Shown in pieces: positions 1 through 28,942 of a DNA stretch of 64,000 nt. Positions within the stretch are counted from its first letter, which is position 1. Each line of letters opens with the position of its first letter. A program made the position numbers and the translations under genes. The notes under the pieces were generated by a model. The model had not been told where the DNA came from and ran no database searches. It was given only the letters and a program-made list of their open reading frames with translations. The stretch is from Lytechinus pictus (lineage: Eukaryota). The stretch lies in assembly GCF_037042905.1 (NCBI RefSeq), contig NC_087246.1:4466001-4530000 (forward strand), read 5' to 3'.

Positions 1-1590
1 ATAATTGGTGTTTGAAGTATTCACAATTAAATTATTGACTGACATCCACTCATTAATCTTTTTAAGCTGTGAATTCATATCTCTAAACAGAAAATCAACA
101 TTACTACCAGACATAGAGACACACGTGTCATCAGCAAATAACACAAAATTTAGCATATTTGAACACTGGGGTAAATCATTTATAAATAACAGAAAAAGGA
201 GTGGACCGAGGACTGAACCCTGGGGCACTCCATATCTCACTGTCATGGAGCTTGACTCACATTTGTTAAATATAGTAATTTGTTCTCGATCGGTTAAATA
301 ATCTGTGATCCATTTGAGTGGCAAGCCCCTTATTACCATGGTAATCTAATTTTTTAACAGAATAGAGTGGTCAATAACATCAAACGCTTTAGAGAGATCA
401 ATTAAATATTGCTAGAGTATGTTCTTCGTTATTAATAGAGTTGTGTATCTTATGTGTGAGCTCCAAGACAGCTGACGATGTGGAGTGCCCCTTCCTGAAT
501 CCATACTGGTTGTTAAATATTATATCATTTTCATCAATAAAACTAATAATCCTGTTATACACACATTTCTCAAGTATTTTAGCAAATATATTTAATACAG
601 ATATTGGACGATAATTGTTCGTATTTTCTCGACTTCCACTTTTGTGTATGGGAGTGACCTTAGCAATCTTCAAATATTTGGGAACAGTACCTGTTGATAT
701 GCTTAAATTAAAAATATTATATAATGGAATGCATATCAATGAAATTGTTTTTTTTTTCAATACTTTAACAACTATTGAATCCATACCAGGACTAGAGTCG
801 TTTGACATATCTTTCACAATATCATAAATTTCTTTGCATGTTATTGGTTTAAAAACATAGATTTCAGGTTACGTTGTGGAATGTAATCCTGAAATGAAAG
901 TACAGATGAATAGTTAATAGCAGTATGTTGATTTATCAATTTTTCACCAATAGTTACAAAATGATTATTAAATGCATTCGCAATAAGTGAATTGTCAGAC
1001 AATGTTTGACCATAAGGAGTAATAATTGAGTCAATAGGTTTAGAATTAAGTTTCTTACCCATTATATTATTTATTAATTTCCATGTAGAATGGATATTGT
1101 CTTTCACCTGTTTGAATTCTTGTGTGTAATAATTAGATTTGACTTTGCGCAGCTGATAAGTCACAAAATTTCTATATTTTTTATATTTCATTTAAATTTG
1201 TTGGATTTCTGATATATATTTCTTGTATAGGTTATTCTTTTTTATACATAATTTTCTAAGTTTCCTAGTCATCCATGGTTTTTTAATTCCTTTTCTTTAT
1301 GGAATAGCTTCTTATGGGGAAGCAGTCATTGTAATGACGTAAAAATATACCTAAAAAATGATTGTACTTTGTTTCAACGTTGTTACTTGAATTAACATCA
1401 AATTGAGAGTTAGACAACTTTATAAAGAAGTTCTGTAACGATAAGTCATCAAAGCTTCTCTTAATGCAATAAGTATCAGCAGGTTTGTCATTATAATAGG
1501 AGATTGAAGGTAGCAAAAGATGATCACTTACATCTGTCACTAAAAATTCCAGAATTAAATCAGATGATGACAAAGACAATGATGACAATG
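1..1590 (-). mobile_element. Degraded CR1/L2-group LINE ORF2 fragment (endonuclease end + reverse transcriptase), runs off the window start
   Basis: Minus-strand ORF pieces 1283-1588, 841-1191 and 398-817 carry DVSDH, KIAKVTPIHKSG..NYRPISVL and QYGFRKGHST. They continue by frameshift into DLSKAFD, GVPQGSVLGPLLF and FADD motifs. Multiple frameshifts. Confidence 0.9.
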
Positions 1591-1729
1591 ATTTTATTTA
1601 CCCATGTCACCCTAATTCGGGTATTGGGGACACTATCATATAGAACATAGCATATTCAAAATCATTTTAAGTTTATTTACAAATATGCAAATAGATCAGA
1701 AATACAAATCAGAAATACAAATAGATCAG

Positions 1730-2628
1730 AACATCAAAATTTTCTGCTCGCGCTTTGCGCTCGCATTATTAATGTAGGAAGACACCAAATTACCCATCCT
1801 TTTTTATGATTTACAAAACATGAATAGGGTGTCCCATTTTAGGTCTGAAATCTCTTTTTTTCCCGCTCGCGCTCCGCGCTCGCATCGATTGTTTGGTTAT
1901 TTACCTATACCTTTAATGATTTAAAAAAAATGCTTAGAATGTCATTTTTTAGGTCGGAATGTCAAAACTTTTCAGCTCGCGCTTCGCTCTCGCTTTATTT
2001 AATAGTTGAAATATGCATAGTATTAATGGCTAACTGCAAAACGTCGTTAACAGGTCCCTTTTCGATCAAACCGGAACCCATATTAAAAAAATTCTGCTCG
2101 CCCTTCGCGCTCACAGTAATTATCTAGTTACATACGCATCTTGTTCAGGTTTACAAACATCGCACAGAATCATCAATTTTCAGGACAAAACACATGAAAA
2201 TGTTTAGCTCGCTCTTCGCGCTCGCACTATTTAAATAGGGCTTATGAGATTATTACACTTTAATGTTGTTTTATGAAAATAAAGCTAAGAAATGACTGTT
2301 AGGACATTTTCACGACCAAGAAAAAAAAGAGAAAAGGAAAGGGTTAAGGGTGAAATATAGGCCTATTTTTTCCAAGTGTTATGTAAAAATCTATTACAAA
2401 CTTTGTATTTTTGTAATTAAAAAATGTCAAAAATTTTTCTCGCTCGCAACTTCTTATTAATTTTGCACAAAAACGCCGCATCGAACCCCCTCAAAATATT
2501 TGGCTCATTACGCCACTGGGACGAACCCTTCAAAGAAACAAACAAAAATCAACTTTAAGCGGTCGATCGGGGAAAACATGGGTGAACAAAATTTGGGCCC
2601 CTATTGGCGGAAGCTGGATCCGCCCCTG
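1730..2628 (-). mobile_element. Truncated non-autonomous DNA element (GCGAGCGCG-rich family), inverted copy of the element starting at 3444
   Basis: Ends in ...ctggatccgcccctg; 1730-2628 is the reverse complement of about 3444-4190; recurrent ctcgcgcttcgcgctcgc motifs. Confidence 0.8.
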
Positions 2629-4235
2629 AGAAGATATTACAACCTACCATAATATTTTATTTATCAGTGTATGATCGGCTTATGCCTGTTAATTTTCTCA
2701 GTTGCTTGATACACACTCCTCTTCATTAATTCATTTGCAAAGACACATGACGTGTTCTTGTCAACATAATATTCCTTTAATAAGTCTGAAAAAGTGGAAC
2801 AATTTACCTACAGACATCAGGGATCCGTACAAAATGCAATAGCATTTGAAAGCTATTGAAATCCTTTAATCTTATTTGCTAATCGTAAATCTGTTACAGA
2901 AATTGTGCATTTGATATTGTAACAAGTCTTTATGAAACGGGACCCTGAAATGCACTAACTTTGAATAACTTTAAGACAAAACTTAAGAAAAAACGTATTA
3001 CGTCTGGTCGAGTCCCTGAAATTTGTGATTTACTTTATATTAGTTGTAGGATTCTGTACTCGACCAAAAAAGTAGTAGGTATGTGCCGCGGGCGAGACAA
3101 AAAACGGGGGCCTTAATTGGAGCGGGCTTATTGTAAAATGGAGGGTCCTCGGAACGGGCTTCGGAACTACAAATGTTTGTGAAAACGGGGGAACTTGGAA
3201 CGGGTCGCTTGCGTGTGAGTGCGTATGGTACGGGCATACGTGCATGCAGCTAGCCCGGCGGCACGGGCGCCGGGTGCGCTAGCGCAGAGGCGATAGTCGG
3301 ACAGCGTTCTGCGGCTGCTTTTCACCAAAATTGCGGCTCATTGTAGCAGATCAATGCGGCCGTAACGGAAAATATGCGAATTAGCTTTGAAGCGGAGTTC
3401 TTTCTTCTTTTTTTTCACGATAAGAAGAAAATGCTATTCTTTGCAGGGGCGGATCCAGCCTCCGCCAATAGGGGGGAGGGGGGCCGAATTTTTTTTCACC
3501 CATATTTTCCCCGATCGGCCGCTCAAAGTTAATTTTAGTTTGTTTCTTTGAAGGGGTTGTCCCAGTGGCGTAATGGCCAAACAAATTTGAGGAGGCTCGA
3601 TATGGCGTATCGCGTAAAATTAATAAGAAGTTATGAGTGAGCGAAGCGAGCGAGTAAAAATTTTGACATTTTCATTACAAAATCCAAGTTTGTGAAGTGC
3701 GAGCTAAACAATTTTGAAATTTCATGTATTTTGTTCCAAAATATTGAACATTCTCGGCAATGTTTGTGAATCTGAACAAGATGCGTATGTAACTAGATAA
3801 TTACTGCGAGCGCGAAGCGCGAGCAGAAATTTATATAATGCGTTCTGGCCTTGTTGAAATTTGCTAAGGACGTTTTGCAGTCAGCCATTAAGACGATACA
3901 TATTTCAATGATTAAATAATGCGAGCGCGAGGCGCGAGCTGAAAATTTTTTGACGTTCCGGCCTAAAATATTAACGTTCTTTGCACTTTTTGTAATCAAG
4001 AACGGTATAAGTATATAACCAAACAATTGATGCGAGCGCGAGGCGCGAGCAGAAAAAAAAATGAGATTTCAAATCTATAAAAACGGGACACTCTCTTCAT
4101 CTTTTGTAAATCATTAAAAAATTGGGGTATAATTTGGTATCTTCCTACATTAATAATGCGAGCGCAAAGCGTGAGCAGAAAATTTTTGATATTATAATCT
4201 GAAACTGGAAATATAGGCCGATACACGTCGACTAG

Positions 4236-4826
4236 CTAATTCTTCAACTCCGGCAGAATCCGCATCTACTTCTACTTCGCAATTCAACTCGACCACCATC
4301 TCGACAAGAGTACCCCCCACTTCGTCAACAACCACCCCCGCCAGGAACGGAAAGGATAGCCCAGCAGACACCTTCGTCTCGAACTTCACAGCCGACGTCT
4401 TCTTTTCCTCGGCCTCGTCAACCTCCAGTCCCCTCCCAGCCATCCACCAGATTCCCCCCTTCTGTCCCATACCCTCCGCAGTATTACTTTCCTCCCGGAA
4501 TCCAATTTCCTCAATCGCAAACACAACCCCCTCAAGTTCTACCTCCTGTGCCTCCTCCAACTTTTCAGCCGCCCATTTACCCGAGCTACCGAAGGATGCC
4601 ACCAACTCAACACCCATTACAGTCTCAACGATCCAACAACATTCCGCGATCTTATGCTTCAGTAGTTCGCTCATCAACATTACCTTTTTCATATGCAACT
4701 GGATGCACTAACTGTGGAGAACCCAATCATCGCTCGTCCAATTGTCGGCATGGTATTCAACTACAATGTAACTTTTGTTACCAACTAGGTCACAAGGAAA
4801 AGTCATGTCCTTTCTATTATTACTAG
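4236..4826 (+). CDS. LINE ORF1 C-terminal remnant: Pro/Gln-rich region plus two CCHC zinc knuckles
   Basis: Frame open 4236-4823; CTNCGEPNHRSSNC and CNFCYQLGHKEKSC fit C-X2-C-X4-H-X4-C. Confidence 0.8.
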   Translation, partial: LILQLRQNPHLLLLRNSTRPPSRQEYPPLRQQPPPPGTERIAQQTPSSRTSQPTSSFPRPRQPPVPSQPSTRFPPSVPYPPQYYFPPGIQFPQSQTQPPQVLPPVPPPTFQPPIYPSYRRMPPTQHPLQSQRSNNIPRSYASVVRSSTLPFSYATGCTNCGEPNHRSSNCRHGIQLQCNFCYQLGHKEKSCPFYYY

Positions 4827-4898
4827 GATCACGGCCAAGAAGAGCGTGCCACAAACGTCACGTCTGTTCCACCTCCTACCTATTCTAATGAGTTTTAA

Positions 4899-7709
4899 AA
4901 ATGTGCAATCTGTCTATCAGAGCAACATGGTCTAAAAATAGGCCATCTCAATGTTCGTAGTTTGATTGATAAAATTGATGAAATCCGTTTTTTGCTTAAT
5001 AATGTTCCTTTCGATATATTCTGTATTTCTGAAAGCTGGCTCCATGATTTAATAGATGATTCTAATGTTCTAATTGATGATTATGTATTGGTAAGGAAGG
5101 ACAGACCCGGCTCTCGACGTGGAGGTGGCGTCTGTTTTTATATCCGCCACAATTTATCTTTTACTCAGAGGAATGATCTTTTAACAGATTTTCTTGAAGC
5201 AATATGGATTGAACTTTCACTTAATAGAAATGATAGAATTATTATAGGTTGTGTTTACAGACCACCAAATTCTGATAAAAAATACTTAGACTATCTTACC
5301 GAAACGCTTGAGAAAGTTACAACTGAAAATAAAGAACTTGTTATATTAGGTGACTTGAATTATGATTATAATACTAATAATGACTTAAGCTGTAACCCTA
5401 TTTTTATGTTGGAAAACTTATTCTCATTAAAACAAATTGTTACACAATTTACTAGGGTGACAGAAAACTCAGAAAAATGCCTAGATCATATATTGACTAG
5501 TTGTCCTGATAAACATTCGGTATGTAAGGTTGCAAAAATAGCTATTAGTGACCACTATCTTGTATATACCTGTATTAGTATTAAAGATGAAATAAAGTCG
5601 AAACATAAAACAGTTACTTACCGTGACTTTAAAAACTTTGATCAGTCTGCTTTTGTAACTGACTTACAGACTGAATTTTCCTCTATACATACTTTAAAAA
5701 AATGTAATGACATTGAAAAGGCGTGGCGCTTTTGGAAATTAAAATTTCTATCTATTTGTAATAAATATGCCCCCATAAAACAAAGAAGGGTTAAACAGAG
5801 GTGTTGCCCATGGATTACTAGTGATATTGTTAAACTCATGTATAAAAGAGATTATCTAAAGGATAAGAGTAAGTCCGATCACAATTTAAAGAAAGATTTC
5901 CGTAAGATTCGAAATCACATTACGAAACTAATCCGTAAACGTAAGAAGGATTACTTTAGTCAAATTGTCAGTGAACATAATCACGACTCTAATAAGATCT
6001 GGCGTGAACTAAACAGAATTACAGGCAGAGGTAAACGACAGGATACTATTCCTTGTAATATTGACGCAGATTTTCTTAACAATTTTTTAATTAATATTGG
6101 TAAGAATTTGGTTAATGATCAAACTGGTCAATTTTTATGGAAGCATCCTGATTGTATTTATGAATTTAAATTTGAAAATATTGATGAAAACAAAATTTTA
6201 AAATGCCTTTTAAATCTCGGCACTGAGAGTAACAACGATATACTCAATATGGATTCGAAACTCTTATGCATAGCGGCTCCGTGTATCGCAAATTCTTTTT
6301 GTTATTTATTCAATGAAAGTTTGGAAGAAGGCACTGTTCCGCTTGATTGGAAACGTACTAAAACAACCCCTGTATACAAAGGCAAGGGAGACAAAGGTGA
6401 CCCGTCAAATTATCGACCGATTTCTGTTGCCTGCCATATCTCAAAACTCTTTGAAAAAGAAATACAAAATCAATTATTATACTATCTTCGTAAAAATGAC
6501 TTGATAAACATTGATCAGTTTGCCTTTTTACCCAACCACTCAACAACTACTTGCCTACATAAAGTAGTTGATGACTGGTTGGAATCTTTTAATAATAAAG
6601 AAGTTGTCACAGCTTGCTTTCTTGATATTTCAAAATGCTTTGATTCTATTAATCATGAATTATTATTAAAAAAACTGAAATGTTATGGGATTAAAGGGCT
6701 AGAAATAGAATGGTTTAAAAGTTACTTATCTCAACGAACACAAATCGTTTATTGTCATGGTCAGTTCTCTAAACCAGGAGATGTAATTACAGGTGTGCCC
6801 CAAGGTAGTGTCCTTGGCCCCATTTTATTTTTATTATTTATTAATGATATTACAGATTGTTTGAAATATTGTTCATGTAATATTTTTGCTGATGATGTTG
6901 TCATATACTTCTCGCACAATAGTGTTGACAAAGCCATAAATACACTACAAAATGATTTAATCTCACTTACCTCTTGGTACCATAATAATAAATTATGTAT
7001 AAATATTGATAAGACCAAAGTAATGTCGTTAAGTCCAAGATCTTCTTATCATATGAATATATTTATAGATAATAAGAAAATAGAACAGGTGAATAATATT
7101 CGATATCTTGGAGTAACGATCGATAGTAAGTTAAATTGGAATTTTCATGTTCAAAATCTTGCCAAGTTACTTGCCAAAAAACTTTTTGCTCTGCGAAAAA
7201 TGAGCTTTTATCTGGATTTAAATGGTTTGAATCTAATATATAAAACAATCATTCAACCCAATTTTGACTATTCTTGCTCGGTATGGGGTAATTGCTCAGC
7301 AAAAAATAAACAGATACTTACACGGTTACAAAAAAGAGCTGCAAGGATCGTATCAAGAAATTTTGATTATGAAAATACAAATGGCCTTGATTTAATTAAG
7401 TCATTGAAATGGCAAATTTTTGAACAAAGAAGGGATTATTTCTTAGCACTACTGATGTATAAATGTATTCATGGATTTGCTCCCACTAGAATGTGCAATA
7501 ATATAGAAATGAACTTTGATAGACATGGTTTGAATACAAGATCTGCCGATTCTCTTAATGTAATCTTGCCAAAACCTAATCTAGAATGTTTCAAACATGG
7601 TTTTATGTATGCGGGAGGTAAGCTTTGGAACACCTTGCCATACGCTACTAAAAATTCAACATCTGTACTATCTTTTAAGCATTTGTATAAGAAAGCATTT
7701 TTTAACTAA
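4899..7709 (+). CDS. LINE ORF2: apurinic endonuclease + reverse transcriptase
   Basis: LKIGHLNVRSL (upstream of the ORF-track start 4962), SESWL, GGGV, YRPP, GDLN, SDH, NYRPISV, LDISKCFD, GVPQGSVLGP, FADD, YLGV, LQKRAAR; no internal stops 4899-7706. Confidence 0.95.
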   Translation, partial: KCAICLSEQHGLKIGHLNVRSLIDKIDEIRFLLNNVPFDIFCISESWLHDLIDDSNVLIDDYVLVRKDRPGSRRGGGVCFYIRHNLSFTQRNDLLTDFLEAIWIELSLNRNDRIIIGCVYRPPNSDKKYLDYLTETLEKVTTENKELVILGDLNYDYNTNNDLSCNPIFMLENLFSLKQIVTQFTRVTENSEKCLDHILTSCPDKHSVCKVAKIAISDHYLVYTCISIKDEIKSKHKTVTYRDFKNFDQSAFVTDLQTEFSSIHTLKKCNDIEKAWRFWKLKFLSICNKYAPIKQRRVKQRCCPWITSDIVKLMYKRDYLKDKSKSDHNLKKDFRKIRNHITKLIRKRKKDYFSQIVSEHNHDSNKIWRELNRITGRGKRQDTIPCNIDADFLNNFLINIGKNLVNDQTGQFLWKHPDCIYEFKFENIDENKILKCLLNLGTESNNDILNMDSKLLCIAAPCIANSFCYLFNESLEEGTVPLDWKRTKTTPVYKGKGDKGDPSNYRPISVACHISKLFEKEIQNQLLYYLRKNDLINIDQFAFLPNHSTTTCLHKVVDDWLESFNNKEVVTACFLDISKCFDSINHELLLKKLKCYGIKGLEIEWFKSYLSQRTQIVYCHGQFSKPGDVITGVPQGSVLGPILFLLFINDITDCLKYCSCNIFADDVVIYFSHNSVDKAINTLQNDLISLTSWYHNNKLCINIDKTKVMSLSPRSSYHMNIFIDNKKIEQVNNIRYLGVTIDSKLNWNFHVQNLAKLLAKKLFALRKMSFYLDLNGLNLIYKTIIQPNFDYSCSVWGNCSAKNKQILTRLQKRAARIVSRNFDYENTNGLDLIKSLKWQIFEQRRDYFLALLMYKCIHGFAPTRMCNNIEMNFDRHGLNTRSADSLNVILPKPNLECFKHGFMYAGGKLWNTLPYATKNSTSVLSFKHLYKKAFFN

Positions 7710-9858
7710 GTGTTGACTTATATGTATTTTTACCAATGTAAACGTCCAGCTGCATTTATTTTAGTCTCTTTTAAACCTTTCGTGCAATATGTTGCAAGCT
7801 TCGTTTCCTTTTTACAATAGTAATTTTTTATCCTTGCACATTAGTGAATGAGTCGTGTGTGGATTGTTTTTATTCACGTGTTGTTGCAGGGTGATCTGTC
7901 TACTGTGATTGTTTACTGATAGTTTATGAATGAATCTGGGTTGGGTTGACTGATTGTGATTGATTGTGGGTGAAAGTGTGTTGGGTGATGGGGTGGATGG
8001 ATGGATGCGTGGTGTGTACTCTTCAAATGGGTCACGAGGTTTGCAAATGGTTCCTGGTTCCTCTTCTCTTTTTCATTTTAACTTGTAAATACTGATTCTC
8101 AATAAATTGTGTAATACGAACTGCCACTGTCATTCTTATTTTTTTAGCTTATCATATGCAGCTGGTCGTATTCTTATATCAGCTTAGAATTTTGATGTAA
8201 TTTTTTTAACCCTTTCAGGACCTTGATGTAAAACAGTGTTTTTATACTGATCTTGTGTTTTTTCCTGAATAAATATATTTCAATAAAATAAAATAAATAA
8301 TGATTGAAATAGAGAACAATTAAGCTGCGTATCTGAATAAACATGCGTGCGCGTGTTTCAGATTTTGACCTAGAATCTGGCATTCTAAATACCTTTTTTT
8401 TTGCATCATGAAAAGCAATAAAGCGTGCGCGAAGCGCGATCGAGCTTAAAATATTTGACATTCCGATCTGAAAAAAGGTCAATTTAAGCTCTGTATTTCA
8501 AGCACTTTGTAGGAAAATTGTAAGGTGGATATGAATCACAGTTAAAAACATCTGATATGTTTCATTGTTATTACTTCGAGTTTTGACATAGGACAGGGAC
8601 ATTCTAAGAACATTATGTCATCATATGAAAATGATGACTATCTTCCTATTTCTCTTCCTAAGCGGGAGATGAAACTTGTCGATATTCCATTCTGAAAAAG
8701 GGTCAATTTGATTATTAAATAATTAATATCTTATTTATTAAATCTAATAAGCCTAATGAGAGCGAGAAATCTGTTATTCATTATGGCCTGAAAACTGGAC
8801 ATTTAAAGCACTTTTATGATTATGAATAAGATGCATGAGTTAATATATTTTCAACAATCGATGCGAGCGCCAATCGTAAGCCGAAATTTTTGATAAACTG
8901 TCATGAAATGGGGATTTTAAGTAGTTTGTTATAGAATTAAAATTGAGATATACATATCAAATCACCAATCAAAATGCGAGCGTGCAGCGTATTACATTTG
9001 GATAATTTGGCCTAAATAGGGATATTTGAGAACTTTATGGAATACAGGAAATATAATAGGTACCTGACAAATCTAATTTTGCGAGCGCGCAGCGCGAGCA
9101 GAAAATGTTAATATTCTGAAGATAAAACATAAATTATTACAGAGCACTTTTAAAAATCCATTTTTAATTCAAACAAAATAAAGAAAGTTCGATTTCCGAG
9201 CTGAAATATGTTTTATATATATTGACTTCAAAATTTGATATGAATCTCCGTATTCAGCAGAATAATATAAATCACCTAAAAGTCAATGAGAGCGCGAAGC
9301 GCGAGCGAAAATTTCAAACTGTATAGTGAAATTAAATATTTAAAAAACTATTTTCTTAGTCTTCCCCTCATCTTATATTTTATTTACTCGTCTTCCTCGA
9401 TCCTCTTATGTTTCCCCTTCTTTTTTACTCCTCCTCCCTTTTCCCTTCTTTTTCATTTTTTCTTTCTTTCCCCCTTTTTCCTTTTTTTTTGATCCGCCAA
9501 TAGGGGTGGGGGCCGGGCCCCTCGGCCCCCCCCCCTGGATCCGCCTATGCTTTGGAGCGGCTTTCTTTGTTCTTTTTCTCAATAAGACAAAAAATGCTAT
9601 GCCTTGGAACGGAAATTTAAAAATGGGGGTCCCCTGATCCGCGGCACAAACCCACTACTAGCATGCATTATATACTGTTCGAGTACCCCCACCCCCCGGG
9701 CACTGACTGCCTCGATCCTTCAATCCTGAAGATTCTTGCAGTCTTGTAGTACCGGGGACCGGCAGGTGCAATTAATACACCGGGTGAACACCCTACTCTT
9801 TGACGAAAAGTTTATTGGTTTTAACGTGCATAGGTTGTGACTCTCCTATACACGGGAC

Positions 9859-10188
9859 CATGGGCGGAAATCCCAGGGGGGACAGGGGGGACTTGTCCCC
9901 CCTACTCAAAATAGTAGGGGGACATAATATCAAATGTCCCCCCTACCATTTGTGGATTTTTATGATGGTAAGAAATACATCATTCAAAATCGAAATAAAA
10001 CATGTATTTTAGGACGAGATGACCTTACTTTTGGGATGATAACCTTTTTTTTTTTTTTTTTGGCTTGTCAAATTTTTTTCCATCGAAATGACCTTAAATT
10101 TGGGGTGATAACCTTTTTTTTTTTTTTTGCTTGTCAAATTTTCCAGCCCCTTGTCCCCCCTACCTTTTGGGAGAGATTTCCGCCCCTG
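9859..10188. mobile_element. hAT-type MITE, 330 bp
   Basis: TIR catgggcggaaatc / gatttccgcccctg; perfect 8-bp TSD cacgggac at 9851-9858 and 10189-10196; internal duplicated segment. Confidence 0.85.
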
Positions 10189-10216
10189 CACGGGACCAAC
10201 ATTTGCGTCCTTTCCG

Positions 10217-27291
<17,075 letters not shown>

Positions 27292-28849
27292 TAACAAGCT
27301 AATCACGGTTCCGATGGTAGATACAATTGCAAAATTAACAAGAGTTATAACTCTTTAAAAATGGACCCAAGGATTTTTCATCACTATATCATTTGCATAG
27401 CTTCATTGAATGAAGGTGATGCCAAAGGCATTGATATAATTGACAGCAAAATATAAACAAATCTTAATCATAGCAATGATAGCAGACTTAAATACATTAG
27501 CATTAATCTGGTTATATTCACCTGTATTCATCTCAATCCTATGTGCCTTTGGTGAGGTCTACAATAACAGCCACTAAACCAGACATTGATATTGACATCA
27601 GAACACTAGAGGAATAGGGATGAGATCATGAGACATATTTTAAAAAATATATTGCATAATGCCTGTTTATGCTCTGCATGACATACATGTATCAAATCGT
27701 AGACTTCCTGCAAGAAGGGACCTAAATGTGACGTCATTATGATGTAATAAGCAAAAAATTCTAACGTGCTTTATGCATATAGATGCGTCCTTTTTCTGGA
27801 ATCTGGATCGCGCACTCACATTTGCGACTTTTTTTCCGGGAACTAGATCAGTGGATTGCGTATTTTTCTTCCCGGAAAAAGGGCATACAGTATTCATTCT
27901 TAAGATTAGAAACCGTTAAGAGAGTTTTAAATAAAATATCAATTAAGAAAAAATCTTGCTTTGTCAGAAAATTTGAGAATTAGGACAGAAAATAATACGC
28001 TAGCTGCTAAAAGCACAAAAACAAGGTCAAAACATAATCTGCGTTTTCTCGAAAATGTATGTTTTGCGCATGTGTGCGCTTAGTCCCTTCTTGCGGGAAC
28101 TTGACAAAATGATGAATGGATTGGCCAGTGGTGGACACATATGTATTGGGGAATAGGCATGCACCAAATAACACTGGACAGTTCCCCCCCCCCCCCATCT
28201 AGGAATGGTGATGACTACCGTATTTGTGTTTGTCAGATTTTCGTGGAAGAAATTTGTTGATCCATCCTACATAACTGGACCATTTTCTAGGGGGGAGGGC
28301 TTCTTCATTGACCCCCATATTTCATGAAATCCTTGATCTGGCCACAACCCTGTATATGTACATGTATGCCGTACCAAATGAAACTTTGAATATATTGTAT
28401 TGCTTTGCTTTTTTTTATTTAGGGATTCACTAATGAATACCTGTAACAAATAGAATTCAGAATTAAATTCTCTGTCTTCAGTGTCATTTGTATGTGTAAA
28501 TAAGTGTTTGATCTATATGAAGTCTCTAAAGATATATGCTACAATGGAAATACAGAGATATGGAACATATTCTTTTTAGGCAGTGAAACTCATACAGTGC
28601 CAATAGGTTTTGCTTGTTTTTTATTTCCTTGACAGTTACGCCAATGATTTGGTTTTGCATTTGATTACTATTGTCGTATGATGAAGGGATCCTTTCTAAA
28701 AATTGTATACATCTTCCAATGGTCATTTCAAATGCACAGCCAGCACTGTAAAATTTAATGCCATGATTACAGCTTTTCTAAAGTTAATAAAAGTATCACT
28801 AGATGTGATGCCATAACAAGGGCATTAATACTAGAACCTATTGCTTTTA

Positions 28850-28942
28850 ATATGATGATGATGGTGATGACGATAACAATGGCAGTGATGGTGGTGGTGG
28901 TAATGGTTACAGTGATGATGATGACGATGATGATGACAATGA
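28850..28942. repeat. Degenerate (GAT/GGT)n trinucleotide tract
   Basis: atgatgatgatggtgatgacg.. low-complexity run. Confidence 0.8.

Larger units (their letters stand above)
4217..8297 (+). mobile_element. CR1/L2-group non-LTR retrotransposon, 5'-truncated in ORF1, young copy
   Basis: ORF1 remnant with two CCHC knuckles, uninterrupted APE-RT ORF2, about 590-bp 3' UTR ending aataaaataaaataaataa. No TSD recognised; ends approximate. Confidence 0.92.
3444..9549 (+). mobile_element. Non-autonomous DNA transposon with 15-bp TIR and 5-bp TSD, interrupted by a LINE
   Basis: TIR caggggcggatccag / ctggatccgcctatg; TSD ctttg at 3439-3443 and 9550-9554; GCGAGCGCG-rich body on both sides of the LINE (3444-4216, about 8300-9549). 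Confidence 0.8.
3056..9700. mobile_element. Outer non-autonomous element (CCCGGG-terminal type) hosting two nested insertions
   Basis: Left tactcga..agtagtaggtatgtgccgcgg mirrors right ccgcggcacaaacccactact..tcgagtacccccaccccccggg. The internal unit aaaatgctat(t/g)c(t/c)ttgga(g/a)cgg is restored when 3444-9549 is removed. Left end appears truncated. Confidence 0.6.

Noticed and set aside
4192..4698. 168-aa minus-strand ORF
   Set aside because: Antisense shadow of the Pro/Gln-rich LINE ORF1; crosses the element boundary and has no recognisable motif.
8300..10200. Divergent RANBP1-like partner upstream of TRMT2A, as in mammals
   Set aside because: Only transposon sequence is visible upstream; no matching exons found.
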